This document shows positions 1-11,543 of a DNA stretch of 64,000 nt, in pieces. A model generated the notes under the pieces. The model was given only the letters and a program-made list of their open reading frames with translations, had not been told where the DNA came from and searched no databases. The stretch comes from Gammaproteobacteria bacterium. Its GTDB lineage: Bacteria; Pseudomonadota; Gammaproteobacteria; SZUA-21. Both the position numbers and the translations under genes were made by a program. Each line of letters starts with the position of its first letter. Within the stretch, counting starts at the first letter, position 1. The stretch is from contig QILK01000044.1 in assembly GCA_003233345.1 (NCBI GenBank), positions 4,874-68,873 on the forward strand. Reading direction: 5' to 3'.

Positions 1-990
1 GCTTTTGTCCTGATTAAACTCAGTCAATAAACTGACCAATACTGCTGGTGTCAACTCTGTCTGTGGTAGCAACCTGGCCGCACCGTCTTTGGTAAGAAAC
101 TCTGCATTTGCGGTCTGGTGATCATCGACCGCATGTGGATAAGGCACCAAAATTGCGCCCACGCCCGCTGCCGCCAGTTCTGATACGGTTAATGCGCCTG
201 ATCGACACAGTACCAGATCCGCCCACGAATAGGCTTCTGCCATATCCTCAATAAAAGCACTTAGCGCAACTTCAATTCCAGCTTCTGTATAACACGATTG
301 CGCTGCGACAAAATTACGTTCGCCAGCCTGGTGTCGCACCTGCGGTCTTTGCTCTTCCGGCATCATCGCTAACGCTTTTGGTAATGCCTCATTGATGGCT
401 TGTGCGCCGAGGCTGCCGCCTATCACCAGTAGTCGAAGCCTACCTGTGTGGCTTTGCAGTCTTACTGCCGGCTCCGGCAATGCCACAATATCGGCGCGGA
501 CCGGATTACCCGTCACGGTATAATTTTTTTCTCGATCAAAAACAGCCGGGAAAGCTGAGCACACAAAGTTGGCGATTTTTGACAACATTTTATTGGTCAT
601 ACCCGCAATCGCATTCTGCTCGTGTATGCACAAGGGTCTAAACAACAACCGCGCAGCAACACCACCGGGGCCGGTGACAAAACCTCCCATTCCCAATACC
701 GCTCTGGGTCGCAAAGAAATCACAACCCATAGTGCCTGCAAACCGGAAAGTAGCAATAAAAACGGTGCCAGCAACAATTTGCTAAATTTTTTACCGCGCA
801 TTCCCGATACCGACAACCATTTAATATCGATCCCTTCGGACGGAATAATACGTGACTCCATGCCTTTACGGGTTCCCAACCAGACGACCGGAATGCCGCG
901 CGCCATTAACTCCCGCGCAACTGCCAGCGCAGGATAAATATGTCCTCCGGTACCACCAGCCATGATTAAAACAGGTCTTAATTTTGCCAC
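1..990 (-). CDS. murG: UDP-N-acetylglucosamine--N-acetylmuramyl-(pentapeptide) pyrophosphoryl-undecaprenol N-acetylglucosamine transferase MurG, N-terminal part; gene continues beyond window start
   Basis: Minus-strand translation from GTG at 990 reads VAKLRPVLIMAGGTGGHIYPALAVARELMARGIPVVWLGT, the MurG N-terminal glycine-rich motif; position directly downstream of ftsW as in dcw clusters; open frame runs to window edge. Confidence 0.85.
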   Translation of the reverse strand, partial: MAKLRPVLIMAGGTGGHIYPALAVARELMARGIPVVWLGTRKGMESRIIPSEGIDIKWLSVSGMRGKKFSKLLLAPFLLLLSGLQALWVVISLRPRAVLGMGGFVTGPGGVAARLLFRPLCIHEQNAIAGMTNKMLSKIANFVCSAFPAVFDREKNYTVTGNPVRADIVALPEPAVRLQSHTGRLRLLVIGGSLGAQAINEALPKALAMMPEEQRPQVRHQAGERNFVAAQSCYTEAGIEVALSAFIEDMAEAYSWADLVLCRSGALTVSELAAAGVGAILVPYPHAVDDHQTANAEFLTKDGAARLLPQTELTPAVLVSLLTEFNQDKS

Positions 991-991
991 C

Positions 992-2194
992 CTAACGTTT
1001 CCTCACATAATTTGGCTTGTTTTTTTTATCGTGCCGGTTTTCATAATCAATGCGTAATAGCATTGCGATTGCTATTAGCGTCACTATCAGGTTACTGCCT
1101 CCATAACTGATCAAAGGTAGGTTCAAGCCTTTGGCTGGTAAAATAACCATGCTAACGCCCATATTGATCATGGCCTGCATTGCAATCCAGGTGGCAATAC
1201 CGTAAGCGAGATAGGCTGAAAAATAGGATTTTCTATTGATTGCCTCAGTAGCAATCGAAAATGCCCGCCACACTAGCACCACAAACATCAGCATTACCAG
1301 GGTCGCGCCAATCAATCCGAGCTCCTCGCCAATAATCGAGAAAATATAATCATTATGTGGTTCAGGTAAATAATGAAGCTTCTGAATACTGCCACCCAAA
1401 CCCACGCCGTCTATTCCGCCACGACCAAATGCCATCAGCGAATTAGTGGCCTGATACCCCTTGTCAAAAGGATCACCCCAAGGGTTCAGCAACACCGATA
1501 CACGATCAAACACGTAAGGCGTTTTATCCTGTAAGTAAGGTTTTACAACTGCCAGTAATGTCACCAGCAAACCCAAGGCGATAAACGTGCTGGCGATATA
1601 TTTAAACCTGATTCCTGATAAAAACATAATGGTTAAACTGGTCGTCAACAAAACCACGGTGGCACCAAAATCCGGTTCCGCGATTAACAGCAAGCACATT
1701 AACATCACGATGATCATTGGTCGTACAAAACCCATCAATTCGTTGCGCGCCTGTTCACCGTGCCTGAGCAAGTAATCCGCCAAGTATATATATAAGAAAA
1801 GCTTCGCCAGTTCAGATGCCTGAATGCTAAAAAATCCAAGCGAAATCCAGCGTCGGCTACCATTGATGACTTTACCGACACCCGGGATCAATACCAAAAC
1901 CAACAACAGGAACCCGAGAAAGAGCAATAGCGGTGCCCATTTCTGCCAAATATCGGTGGGTGTCCTGAATACAAACATCCCAATCAATATTCCTATTAGC
2001 AAAAATACACCTTGTCTAAAAACGAAATAAGACGGTTCCAGCGACAACCGTTCCGCAACGGGTATTGACGCGGAGGCCACCATGACAAAGCCAAACCCCA
2101 GCATCGCCAGTAATACCAATACCAACGGTAAATCGAAATTAATATCGGCTTCTACTAACGATTTTGATTTTCTTTGTGGTTTTATATAATCCAT
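992..2194 (-). CDS. ftsW: peptidoglycan glycosyltransferase / lipid II flippase FtsW (SEDS family)
   Basis: 400-aa polytopic membrane protein with SEDS-family motifs, located between murD and murG. Confidence 0.9.
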   Translation of the reverse strand: MDYIKPQRKSKSLVEADINFDLPLVLVLLAMLGFGFVMVASASIPVAERLSLEPSYFVFRQGVFLLIGILIGMFVFRTPTDIWQKWAPLLLFLGFLLLVLVLIPGVGKVINGSRRWISLGFFSIQASELAKLFLYIYLADYLLRHGEQARNELMGFVRPMIIVMLMCLLLIAEPDFGATVVLLTTSLTIMFLSGIRFKYIASTFIALGLLVTLLAVVKPYLQDKTPYVFDRVSVLLNPWGDPFDKGYQATNSLMAFGRGGIDGVGLGGSIQKLHYLPEPHNDYIFSIIGEELGLIGATLVMLMFVVLVWRAFSIATEAINRKSYFSAYLAYGIATWIAMQAMINMGVSMVILPAKGLNLPLISYGGSNLIVTLIAIAMLLRIDYENRHDKKNKPNYVRKR

Positions 2195-2198
2195 TATC

Positions 2199-3575
2199 TC
2201 AATTCACATATTGCTTGACTGCGGTGATAAACTTTTCACCGCGATCTTCATAATTTCGAAACATATCGAAACTGGCGCAAGCCGGCGATAACATAATCGC
2301 GTCGCCGTCCTCGGCCATTTTGGCGGCTTTGGCGACCGCGTCATCTAAATCAACTGCATGCACTGTCTTTACCACACCGCTGACGGCCTGTTCTATCTTG
2401 TTTGCGTCCTGTCCTATTAAGACCAGTGCCCGGCCATTACTTTTGAGCACCGGCGCGAGTTTAGTAAAATCAGCATCTTTACCTTCGCCGCCAGCGATCA
2501 ATACCACTTTCCTATCCAGTCCTTCAACAGCGGCAACCGTTGCGCCAACGTTGGTACCTTTGGAATCGTTATACCAGCGAATGTGATTGCACTCGATGAT
2601 AAACTGCAGACGATGGGCAAGGCCCTTAAATTGTTTCAATGCCTTGGCCATCGGCTCTATGGGTACATCGACAGCAACCGCGACCGCTAACGCTGCGGCT
2701 GCATTGACCAGATTATGTCTGCCGGGAACTTTTAACCCGCGCTGACTCAACAATTTCTGCTTTCGATAAAAAATACAAGCGTCGCCGTCGCTATTGGCTA
2801 TGCGTATATCGTTTTCACCTTTAGCGGTTTCACCAAAGTTAATCTTGTCTCGATCGGCCGGCAATAAACCAGCGAGTTCCACTTCATCAACCGCGACTAC
2901 TATTTTTCCATGACCACTGTAAATACTCGCTTTGGCTGTTCGATAAGCCTCATAAGAATCATAACGATCCATATGATCAGGACTGATATTCAATATAAGC
3001 GAAACAGCGGCATCCAAACTGTGTGTCGTCTCCAGTTGAAAACTCGATAGCTCCAGAACATAATAGTCGGGTGGCGAAGCATCGCCTTCACGTAAAATAT
3101 CCACCACGGGTTTGCCAATATTGCCCGCAGCAATGGCGCGTTTACCCGTCGCGTTAAACATCTCGGCTAACATGGTCACCACGGTGCTCTTGCCATTGGA
3201 ACCGGTGATCGCGATTATTGGCGCATTGGCAAAACGGACAAACAATTCAATATCACCGTAACACTCAGCCCCATTTTGTTGTGCCAATCGCAATGCGGGC
3301 GTTGACATCGCCACACCCGGGCTAACAATTATTTCTTTTTGACCGACAAAGTCACTGTCTTTAAATGGCCCTAGGCGTATATCCAATTGCGGATAGTCCC
3401 TGCGTAACGCTGCCAGTGCCGGTGGATTTTCGCGACTATCAACCGCCATGACCTGTTGGCCTGATTCCAGTAAATACCGGACACACGATTCACCCGACTT
3501 ACCCAAGCCAACAATCATATAGAATTGTGCGGTTGTCGTACGTGAATTCATTAAATCAAGTGCCTCCATCGTCAT
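2199..3575 (-). CDS. murD: UDP-N-acetylmuramoylalanine--D-glutamate ligase MurD
   Basis: 458-aa Mur ligase with GSNGKST P-loop, dcw position between mraY and ftsW. Confidence 0.9.
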   Translation of the reverse strand: MTMEALDLMNSRTTTAQFYMIVGLGKSGESCVRYLLESGQQVMAVDSRENPPALAALRRDYPQLDIRLGPFKDSDFVGQKEIIVSPGVAMSTPALRLAQQNGAECYGDIELFVRFANAPIIAITGSNGKSTVVTMLAEMFNATGKRAIAAGNIGKPVVDILREGDASPPDYYVLELSSFQLETTHSLDAAVSLILNISPDHMDRYDSYEAYRTAKASIYSGHGKIVVAVDEVELAGLLPADRDKINFGETAKGENDIRIANSDGDACIFYRKQKLLSQRGLKVPGRHNLVNAAAALAVAVAVDVPIEPMAKALKQFKGLAHRLQFIIECNHIRWYNDSKGTNVGATVAAVEGLDRKVVLIAGGEGKDADFTKLAPVLKSNGRALVLIGQDANKIEQAVSGVVKTVHAVDLDDAVAKAAKMAEDGDAIMLSPACASFDMFRNYEDRGEKFITAVKQYVN

Positions 3576-4795
3576 TACCTGAGCTTTAAGGTAGCCAAAC
3601 CAATTAACACGAGGATGACCGTAATTATCCAGAAACGCACAATCACGCGCGGTTCAGGCCAACCCTTTAATTCAAAATGATGGTGCAACGGCGCCATGCG
3701 AAAAATTCTTTTTCCTGTCAACTTGAATGACGCTACCTGTAAGATCACCGAGACCGTTTCGATTACAAAAACACCGCCCATGATAAACAGGATCAATTCC
3801 TGCCTCACTATGACCGCAATAACACCTAAAGCGGCCCCTAACGCCAACGCACCGATATCACCCATAAACACGGTTGCCGGATACGTATTAAACCAGAGGA
3901 AACCTAATCCGGCGCCAACCAGTGCGCCGCAAAAGACAACAATTTCCCCGACATCATCGATGGCGGGGATACGTAAATACTGGGCAAATTCATTATGACC
4001 GGATACATAGGCAAATATACCCAACGCACCTCCGACCAGTACCGTGGGTAGAATTGCCAAGCCATCGAGCCCATCGGTCATATTAACGGCGTTGCTGGCA
4101 CCAACGACGACAAAGTAAACCAATGGAATAAACAACCAGCCTAATTGCGGATGATAATTAGCAAAAAAGGGTATCACCAATTGCGTCTCCACCGGATTCA
4201 TTACAATCGCGATAGATGCGACACCGGGGTTAATAAAAATAGCGTTACCGATCGTAGTGCCAATCGTTTCGATTACCCTGACGGCATCGCGACTGGCAGC
4301 ATCTGCCGAATAATAAAGTACAAACGCGACTGCCAGTCCAAAAACTGACTGCCAAAAATACTTGTATTTTGCCGCCAGCCCTTTTGGGTCTTGTAAAACC
4401 AACTTCTTATAATCATCGACCCAACCAATGACACCAAAGGCCAAGGTGGTTAACAATACTATCCAAATATAGTGATTGGAAAGATCCCCCCACAGTAACG
4501 TCGTTACCGATATTGCCACTAAAATTAAGGCACCGCCCATGGTGGGCGTACCTTGTTTTTTTAAATGCGTTTCCGGACCATCTGTTCTAACGGGCTGGCC
4601 TTTACCTTTAAAACTCAGTTTACGAATCATCCATGGACCAATGATAAAAGAAATAATCAACGCTGTAATAACGGCTAAAACAGATCGAAGGGTCAAATAG
4701 CGAAAAACATCAAATGCACTAAATGCACCGCCCTGTGATTTCAAATATTCTGCCAATTCGTAAAGCAACTTATTTCTCCTGCTGGCTGACGCCAT
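3575..4795 (-). CDS. mraY: phospho-N-acetylmuramoyl-pentapeptide transferase MraY (start codon uncertain, may be about 8 codons downstream)
   Basis: Polytopic membrane protein with MraY/WecA family motifs (DDxxKL..., HHHFE); dcw position. Confidence 0.9.
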   Translation of the reverse strand: MASASRRNKLLYELAEYLKSQGGAFSAFDVFRYLTLRSVLAVITALIISFIIGPWMIRKLSFKGKGQPVRTDGPETHLKKQGTPTMGGALILVAISVTTLLWGDLSNHYIWIVLLTTLAFGVIGWVDDYKKLVLQDPKGLAAKYKYFWQSVFGLAVAFVLYYSADAASRDAVRVIETIGTTIGNAIFINPGVASIAIVMNPVETQLVIPFFANYHPQLGWLFIPLVYFVVVGASNAVNMTDGLDGLAILPTVLVGGALGIFAYVSGHNEFAQYLRIPAIDDVGEIVVFCGALVGAGLGFLWFNTYPATVFMGDIGALALGAALGVIAVIVRQELILFIMGGVFVIETVSVILQVASFKLTGKRIFRMAPLHHHFELKGWPEPRVIVRFWIITVILVLIGLATLKLR

Positions 4796-6155
4796 TTCTA
4801 GTTATTAATGCTTCGACAAAACGTTCCATTCGCATTGCTCGCGAACCTTTTATCAACACGCTGCCCTCACCGTGCCATTCGTTCTGAACACGCTTTAATA
4901 ATTCCGCCGGATCGCTAAAATGTTGTCCACCTTCACCAAAATTTTCACTGGCAAATCGACTGCTCTCACCCAATGTAAAAAGCCGGCTTACCCCTGCACG
5001 CCGGGCAAGTCGGCCGGCATCTTCATGCATTTCCACGGATTGCGTACCCAACTCACCCATATCCCCCAAAATAACCCAATGCTCACCGGCGGTATTAGCC
5101 AATACCGCCAGGGCGGCGCTTAGTGATGTCGGGTTAGCGTTATAGGTATCATCCAGTATTCTCATGCCATGTTCCCCGGTGTTCCATTGCAATCTGCCCT
5201 TGACTGACTGCATGGCATCGAGGCCCAATTTAATTTCCGCAGGTGTGAATCCAATGGCGGTAGCCAAGGCGGCGGCCACCAACGCGTTCATGACATTATG
5301 AGCACCCGGCAGACGCAAACAGAAATCGATATTTGACCCGCAAATATTCATACTTATCTGACTACCCTGCGTAACGACTTTCCATGTCGCGGTAAAGTCA
5401 GCCTCATGTTTTATCGAAAAAGTAAAAATTTTTTTATCCTCAGCCTTGCTTAACCAGATATCTTTATACTGGTCGTCAATATTGATAATGGCCGTGCCCG
5501 TATTTGTTAGTCCTTCAAAAATTTCACCTTTGGCGTGCGCAACACCTTCTATTGATCCAAATCCTTCCAGATGTGCATTACCCGCATGGGTGATTGCCGC
5601 TGCGTCCGGCAAGGCGATATCGGTCAAGTATTGAATTTCGCCGTGGTGATTGGCACCCAATTCTACTACTGCAAAGTCTTGATCCTGCAGGTTAAACAAG
5701 GTCAATGGCAGTCCAATATCATTGTTTAAATTTCCTTGGGTATATAGCGTTTCACCTTTTTGGCGCATGATGGACGCGGTCATTTCCTTAACGGTTGTTT
5801 TACCATTGCTACCAGTTACCGCCACCAGTTTGCCATTAAAATTTTTTCGACAATGCCGCGCTAATGCACCCAATGCCAGTCGGGTATCCTTGACAATAAT
5901 CATTGGCAACGTCGCATTGAGCTCGCGATCCAGCAACAATGCCGCAGCACTATCAGCGTCGCCTTGATCAACAAAGTCATGGGCATCAAAACGCTCGCCT
6001 TTTAACGCAACAAACAATGAATCGGCTGTTAGTTTTCGGGTGTCGGTAGAAACGTTTTTGATAAGATTTTCCGAACTGTTTATTAAACGTCCCTGCACTG
6101 CCCCTGCGATTTCACTCAGAGAAACAGCTTTCATGTATCCTCTCCCTGTAAACAC
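4770..6155 (-). CDS. murF: UDP-N-acetylmuramoyl-tripeptide--D-alanyl-D-alanine ligase MurF
   Basis: 461-aa Mur ligase, GSNGKTT motif, dcw position. Confidence 0.9.
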   Translation of the reverse strand: MFTGRGYMKAVSLSEIAGAVQGRLINSSENLIKNVSTDTRKLTADSLFVALKGERFDAHDFVDQGDADSAAALLLDRELNATLPMIIVKDTRLALGALARHCRKNFNGKLVAVTGSNGKTTVKEMTASIMRQKGETLYTQGNLNNDIGLPLTLFNLQDQDFAVVELGANHHGEIQYLTDIALPDAAAITHAGNAHLEGFGSIEGVAHAKGEIFEGLTNTGTAIINIDDQYKDIWLSKAEDKKIFTFSIKHEADFTATWKVVTQGSQISMNICGSNIDFCLRLPGAHNVMNALVAAALATAIGFTPAEIKLGLDAMQSVKGRLQWNTGEHGMRILDDTYNANPTSLSAALAVLANTAGEHWVILGDMGELGTQSVEMHEDAGRLARRAGVSRLFTLGESSRFASENFGEGGQHFSDPAELLKRVQNEWHGEGSVLIKGSRAMRMERFVEALITRNGVSQQEK

Positions 6156-7663
6156 AAAGTAACAAATTCCCGGTCGCTAAAATCTTTCACATCATCGCCG
6201 ATCAACTGGTAAGTTTCATGCCCTTTTCCAGCGACCAGAACGAGATCAGCGGGGTCGGCTGCACCTATCGTCGCCCGTATCGCCGTTGCCCGGTCATATT
6301 CTACACTGACATTCGACCTGTCTTTTAACCCTGACAAAATATCATTGACAATGGCGTCAGGTGCTTCATTACGAGGATTATCATTGGTAATAATCACCTG
6401 ATCCGCCAGCCGACTGGCGACTTCGCCCATCAACGCCCGTTTACCTTTATCTCGGTCTCCTCCACATCCAAATATACACCACACCTTGCCAGCCGCATGC
6501 TGTCGGGTCGCCGATAACACCTGCGCCAATGCACTGGGAGTATGGGCGTAATCAACAATAACACGGGGTCGATCGATCCGGCCGTTAAAGACTTCCATAC
6601 GACCTGGCGCCGTTTTTAGTGTGGACGCCAATTCACAGGCTTGCTTGAACCCGATCCCGCTGGCAACCAGTACTGACACCGTTGCCAGTAAGTTGCTGGC
6701 GTTAAACTTTCCTAATAACGACGTCTCAATTTTTGCTCTACCCCAAGGGGCTATAATCGATAACTGCATGCCCTGGGGTCGCATCGCCAGTTGCTCACAA
6801 AAAATAACCGGAATATCCTGGTTGTCAACATCCACAGACTCCATGGCAAAGCCAAGCACTTTTTCTCTCGAATCAATATTTTTTGCGATCTGCTTTCCAA
6901 ATTCATCATCCAGGTTTAGTACGGCATAATTCAAATTTGGAAAATTGAACAATATTTCTTTTGCCTGTTTATATGATTTCAGATCGCCGTGATAGTCGAG
7001 ATGATCACGGGTCAGGTTGGTCAATACCGCAATATCAAAATCGACACCGTTGACCCTGCCCTGATCCAGACCATGCGAGGACGTTTCCATCACCACACTT
7101 TGGCTGCCTTGCGCAAGCATTTCCTGTAATAGCTTATGCACGCGAATAGCATCGGGTGTGGTATGGGTCGCGGTCTGCATTGATCCCGGCAAACCATAAC
7201 CTAGGGTGCCGATGACCCCGGTTTTGATGCCCGCCTGATTTAATGCTTCCATCATAAACAAGCTACAGGAAGTTTTACCATCGGTACCGGTTATACCTAC
7301 GACTGACAGATGTTTAGATGGCTCACCATAAAACCGGCTGGCGATAACGCCGAGTTTTTGCGTCAGATTCTCTACCGCGACGATGGGCACAGCTGCATTA
7401 TTTAACGGGATCACGTCCTCGGTAAACTGCTCGTCCGGTTCCCACAATACCACGGCTACGCCGCGATCAATTACCTCTTTCAAAAATCGAAGACCATGGG
7501 TACTGGAACCGGCCAGTGCAAAAAATATATCGCCTGGAAGTGCCTGTCGGCTATCGATACACAGCCCTTCTATAGGCCGATCGTTACCCGGCTGCAATTC
7601 TGCCAAACCATCGAGCAACTTACTTAGCATAAACGCGTTAGATTTATGTGCTGCCATATTCAT
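6131..7663 (-). CDS. murE: UDP-N-acetylmuramoyl-L-alanyl-D-glutamate--2,6-diaminopimelate ligase MurE
   Basis: 510-aa Mur ligase, GTDGKTS motif, DNPR motif typical of mDAP-adding MurE. Confidence 0.9.
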   Translation of the reverse strand: MNMAAHKSNAFMLSKLLDGLAELQPGNDRPIEGLCIDSRQALPGDIFFALAGSSTHGLRFLKEVIDRGVAVVLWEPDEQFTEDVIPLNNAAVPIVAVENLTQKLGVIASRFYGEPSKHLSVVGITGTDGKTSCSLFMMEALNQAGIKTGVIGTLGYGLPGSMQTATHTTPDAIRVHKLLQEMLAQGSQSVVMETSSHGLDQGRVNGVDFDIAVLTNLTRDHLDYHGDLKSYKQAKEILFNFPNLNYAVLNLDDEFGKQIAKNIDSREKVLGFAMESVDVDNQDIPVIFCEQLAMRPQGMQLSIIAPWGRAKIETSLLGKFNASNLLATVSVLVASGIGFKQACELASTLKTAPGRMEVFNGRIDRPRVIVDYAHTPSALAQVLSATRQHAAGKVWCIFGCGGDRDKGKRALMGEVASRLADQVIITNDNPRNEAPDAIVNDILSGLKDRSNVSVEYDRATAIRATIGAADPADLVLVAGKGHETYQLIGDDVKDFSDREFVTLCLQGEDT

Positions 7664-9438
7664 AAGCGCCTGTTGACACCCTGCTTGGCTATCTGTCGCG
7701 TCTTGACCGCTTTACCGGTTGACGCCTTATTTAAAGGGATAATTTTAGACTGCACCAAGGATAACTTATCCGGTGAAATATTCAAAATCCGTAACGAATC
7801 ACGCATGACTTCAGCAAAAACGGGGGCCGCGACTTTACCGCCATAATAAACATTATTTCCGGGCTCGTTAACAATCACGACAATAGCCAGTTTCGGTTTA
7901 CTGACCGGGGCTAAACCGGCAAATAAAGCAATGTGCCTTTTATTTGAATAGCCTTTCGATGTCAATACCCGGACTGTTCCGGTTTTGCCGGCAACCCGGT
8001 AACCAGAAACTGACGCCAGTTGGCCGGTTCCAGTAACAACCACTTTTTCGAGCATACGTTTGATCTGATACGCCGCCCGCGGTGTCATTACCCGTTTTCC
8101 GGGAACATTTTTCTCAACCTTGAGAATCGATACTGGCCTGGAAATCCCGCCATTGGCAATTATCGAATAGGCTTGCACGAGCTTGAGCGCTGTCATAGAA
8201 AGTCCATAACCATATGAATGCGTAGCAGTTTCAGCCTGATTCCAGTGCTTGTAATGATTTAGCGTTCCACTACTCTCGCCCGGAAATCCACTCTTTGTCG
8301 ATTGACCCAGGCCCAGTGCTTTATAATATTTCCAAACCGTACTGGACCCGATTTTCAGTGCCAGCTTACTGGTTCCGACATTACTGGACTTGCTTAGAAT
8401 ATTGGCTACATTCAAGATGCCATAATCTTTGCTGTCCTTTACCTTTAGCCCAGCCAGCTGTAACTCCCCTGGATGGGTGTTAATCAACGTACGCGATGTA
8501 ACCTTTCCGCTTTGCAATGCGGCCGCAATAAGAAATGGCTTGATCGTCGAACCCGGCTCAAAAATATCGGTAACCGCCCGGTTTCGGTATTTATCGCCAT
8601 GATACTGCTTGCGATCATTGGGATTATAGGAAGGCCTGTTAACCATCGCTAACACTTCGCCAGTCTGCACATCAAGAATAATAAGCGATCCTGATTTTGC
8701 TTGTGCTTTTTGAACAGCACCCTTCAATGCGCGATAAGCGATATACTGCAAGCGTTTATCAATACTTAACTTAACTAACTTCCCGTGCAGGGTTGGTCGA
8801 ATATTCTCAATCGTTTCAACAATATGTCCAACACCGTCTCTAGTCACTTTGCGCGATCCGGCTAACCCGGACAGATCACTGTTATAGGCCAGCTCAACAC
8901 CTTCCTGTCCAACATCATCAACATTGGTAAAACCGACAATATGCGCCGCGACTTCTCCCGCAGGATAATGCCTTTTATATTCTTTTAACAAGTGCACACC
9001 ACCCAAACCCAGTTTTTTGGTTTTCTTAATCAAACCCGGGCGTACCTGGCGTTTTACATACATAAATTGCGATTTACGCCGGGCATGGATTTTAATACGC
9101 TTGGTTAACGTTTTATGTTTGATGCCCAAGGTCTTTGCCAGTACTCGCCACTTCGGGTCCTTTAAATCAGCCTTTTGCGGGTTCAGCCATACCGACTGAA
9201 TAGGCGTACTGACAGCCAGTGGCTGACCTCGCCTATCGACAACCATGCCACGATAAGCGTGTGTTGGTATAATACGAAGATGCCTGGCAGCACTTTGCTT
9301 GCTGAGAAATTCATACTGATAGACTTGTAAAAATGTTGCACGCGCAAATAGTGCCACGAACAGTATCGATAACACAAACAAGACAACCTGACGACGTCGG
9401 CCTAATTCTTTTATAAGTCTGTTACTCTCACGGGTCAT
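7660..9438 (-). CDS. ftsI: peptidoglycan D,D-transpeptidase FtsI (PBP3)
   Basis: 592-aa class B PBP with N-terminal TM anchor, STIK (SxxK), SSN and KTG motifs. Confidence 0.9.
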   Translation of the reverse strand: MTRESNRLIKELGRRRQVVLFVLSILFVALFARATFLQVYQYEFLSKQSAARHLRIIPTHAYRGMVVDRRGQPLAVSTPIQSVWLNPQKADLKDPKWRVLAKTLGIKHKTLTKRIKIHARRKSQFMYVKRQVRPGLIKKTKKLGLGGVHLLKEYKRHYPAGEVAAHIVGFTNVDDVGQEGVELAYNSDLSGLAGSRKVTRDGVGHIVETIENIRPTLHGKLVKLSIDKRLQYIAYRALKGAVQKAQAKSGSLIILDVQTGEVLAMVNRPSYNPNDRKQYHGDKYRNRAVTDIFEPGSTIKPFLIAAALQSGKVTSRTLINTHPGELQLAGLKVKDSKDYGILNVANILSKSSNVGTSKLALKIGSSTVWKYYKALGLGQSTKSGFPGESSGTLNHYKHWNQAETATHSYGYGLSMTALKLVQAYSIIANGGISRPVSILKVEKNVPGKRVMTPRAAYQIKRMLEKVVVTGTGQLASVSGYRVAGKTGTVRVLTSKGYSNKRHIALFAGLAPVSKPKLAIVVIVNEPGNNVYYGGKVAAPVFAEVMRDSLRILNISPDKLSLVQSKIIPLNKASTGKAVKTRQIAKQGVNRRL

Positions 9439-9701
9439 TTTAGTATCACAATATCCTTCTGTTCTGGCATATACATATGTAACCGCGTACGTGCCACTCG
9501 ATCCACTTTGCTATGACTTAGCAAAGCACTTTGTTCCAGGATTAGATGCGATGCCTCGGACTCCATCGCCTGTTGTTGATACTGCAAGATCTGCAATCCA
9601 ACTACGACTTCCCGGCTTTTATGCTTCACATATACCAGCGCCAGTGCACTGATAATGATAAAAACATATAAAACCACAGACGTTATCCTGTAGGTCTTCA
9701 T
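9435..9701 (-). CDS. ftsL: cell division protein FtsL
   Basis: 88-aa bitopic protein with single TM and coiled-coil, between rsmH and ftsI. Confidence 0.8.
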   Translation of the reverse strand: MKTYRITSVVLYVFIIISALALVYVKHKSREVVVGLQILQYQQQAMESEASHLILEQSALLSHSKVDRVARTRLHMYMPEQKDIVILK

Positions 9702-10648
9702 CGCAGCTTCTCGGCAATACGCATAACAGCACTTCTGGCTCTGGGGTTATTGCCAAGCTCCTCTTCTCCAGGCCGTATAATTTTTCCGACCGGTTTCACC
9801 TGCGGCAAAAATGGTTGCGTTATTACCGGCAATCCCCGTGGAAAATCCTCTCCCGGCCCACGGTAATTTAACCGAACAAACTGTTTTACAAGGCGATCTT
9901 CAATGCTCTGAAAACTGATAACCACCATTCTCCCTCCAATTTCAAGTACATCCAGTAGTACTTGCAAAAACCGCTTCAAATCCTCTAATTCCTGATTCAG
10001 CGCTATTCGTATTGCCTGAAACGTTCTCGTAGCCGGGTGTTTATGCTTTTCCCGTCTGGGAACGACCTCTTCAATAAGACTGGCGAGTTGCGCTGTGGTC
10101 GCAATTCCCTGGCCTTTGGCTTGCGCGATCAGCACGCGAGCAATACGGCCAGAAAAACGTTCATCGCCATACTCTCTTAAAATTTTAGCCAACGCCTCTT
10201 CGTCGATTTGGGCCAACCATGCTGATGCTGGAATACCTTTGCCAGGATCAAAACGCATGTCCAGCGGGCCATCATTCATAAAGCTGAATCCACGCGCCGG
10301 ACTATCCAGTTGCGGCGACGAAAGCCCAAGGTCGAGTAAAATTCCGTTAACCGCCCTGTCTACTTTAAGTTCAGCCAGGCAATTGACAATTTCACAATAA
10401 CTGCCATGCCATATTCTAAAACGTGAATCTTTCTCTGCTAGTTGATGCCCGACCACGACAGCTTCAGGATCCTTGTCTATGGCGATCAACTGCCCCTGGT
10501 CTGCTAACAACGACAATATTTGTTGGCTATGACCGCCACGACCAAATGTGGCATCGACATAGAGTCCATCCTGTTGAATATTTAATCCTGCTACTGCTTC
10601 GTTTAACAATACCGGCTGATGATCACCCGGTGTAAGTCCGTGTTTCAT
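9698..10648 (-). CDS. rsmH: 16S rRNA (cytosine1402-N4)-methyltransferase RsmH (MraW)
   Basis: 316-aa SAM methyltransferase, conserved dcw position after mraZ. Confidence 0.9.
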   Translation of the reverse strand: MKHGLTPGDHQPVLLNEAVAGLNIQQDGLYVDATFGRGGHSQQILSLLADQGQLIAIDKDPEAVVVGHQLAEKDSRFRIWHGSYCEIVNCLAELKVDRAVNGILLDLGLSSPQLDSPARGFSFMNDGPLDMRFDPGKGIPASAWLAQIDEEALAKILREYGDERFSGRIARVLIAQAKGQGIATTAQLASLIEEVVPRREKHKHPATRTFQAIRIALNQELEDLKRFLQVLLDVLEIGGRMVVISFQSIEDRLVKQFVRLNYRGPGEDFPRGLPVITQPFLPQVKPVGKIIRPGEEELGNNPRARSAVMRIAEKLR

Positions 10649-10658
10649 ATCAATGGAG

Positions 10659-11120
10659 TCATAATGACAAGTCTGCGAATTGCTCTTCGCCTTCTTTTCC
10701 GCCTAATACCCCACCGTTAACCCAAGAGTTGGTCATCTCATTCCAACGCTCCTGGTCCCATAATTCAAACTTGTTACCTTGTCCGACCAAGGTCGCACTT
10801 TTATCCAGTCCGGCTAGTTTTCGCAAAGGACCCGGAATCAGCAATCGTCCTTGAGAGTCAAGATCGACATCACTGGCATGTCCTATAAAAACCCGTTGCA
10901 GCTCCCTGGCCTCAGGAAGCATATTTGGCAGCTTTTCCACCTTGCGTTGGCTCTCTTCAAATTCAGGTGTGGGATAGATAAGAAGACACTTAAAACTACT
11001 GGGATCGATAGTGACGACAAACGAGCCAGCACAAACCTTATTTATTTGCTCACGGTATCGCGTCGGGATTGCAATTCGTCCCTTGGGATCAATTGAAATT
11101 TCGATCATGCCGCGAATCAC
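10659..11120 (-). CDS. mraZ: transcriptional regulator MraZ
   Basis: 153-aa protein with duplicated MraZ (SpoVT/AbrB-like) halves, first gene of the dcw cluster. Confidence 0.9.
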   Translation of the reverse strand: MIRGMIEISIDPKGRIAIPTRYREQINKVCAGSFVVTIDPSSFKCLLIYPTPEFEESQRKVEKLPNMLPEARELQRVFIGHASDVDLDSQGRLLIPGPLRKLAGLDKSATLVGQGNKFELWDQERWNEMTNSWVNGGVLGGKEGEEQFADLSL

Positions 11121-11540
11121 TTACATTTACCCCTGATGTTGAATTTAAAAATATTGAAACTAAACCACTCGACTCCATTTTTTTCCAAATCTCTCCAATA
11201 TTATCCAGATTCCACCACCATTCTGGTATTGATTTAATAGGTTGTCAAGTTATCGAAGTGCCCTTTTTTAACGTTAGACAACAACTTAGGTAAGCTTTTT
11301 AGACACGGATCACAATTCCTAATCATGTAGAAACATAGGCTTAGTTGCGTTTCTTAACTCGACCATGAGGAAAATGTAGGTGATATACAGATTATAAAAA
11401 ATTTGTAAAAAAATAGTTCGTTAAAAAAGCCTAAACAAAAGGTGAGGTAATCGCAGATAGGGCCTTTTTTACGCGCGAATGGCTTAAGTTTGCTGTTCGC
11501 TATTACCAACAATTATTTCTGTTAGAAAAAAACAACAAGT
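11121..11540 (-). promoter_or_regulatory. dcw-cluster (mraZ) promoter/leader region, AT-rich, about 420 bp
   Basis: Long non-coding AT-rich region upstream of mraZ and downstream of rnpB; by analogy with Pmra in other proteobacteria; exact -10/-35 not assigned. Confidence 0.35.
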
Positions 11541-11543
11541 AAC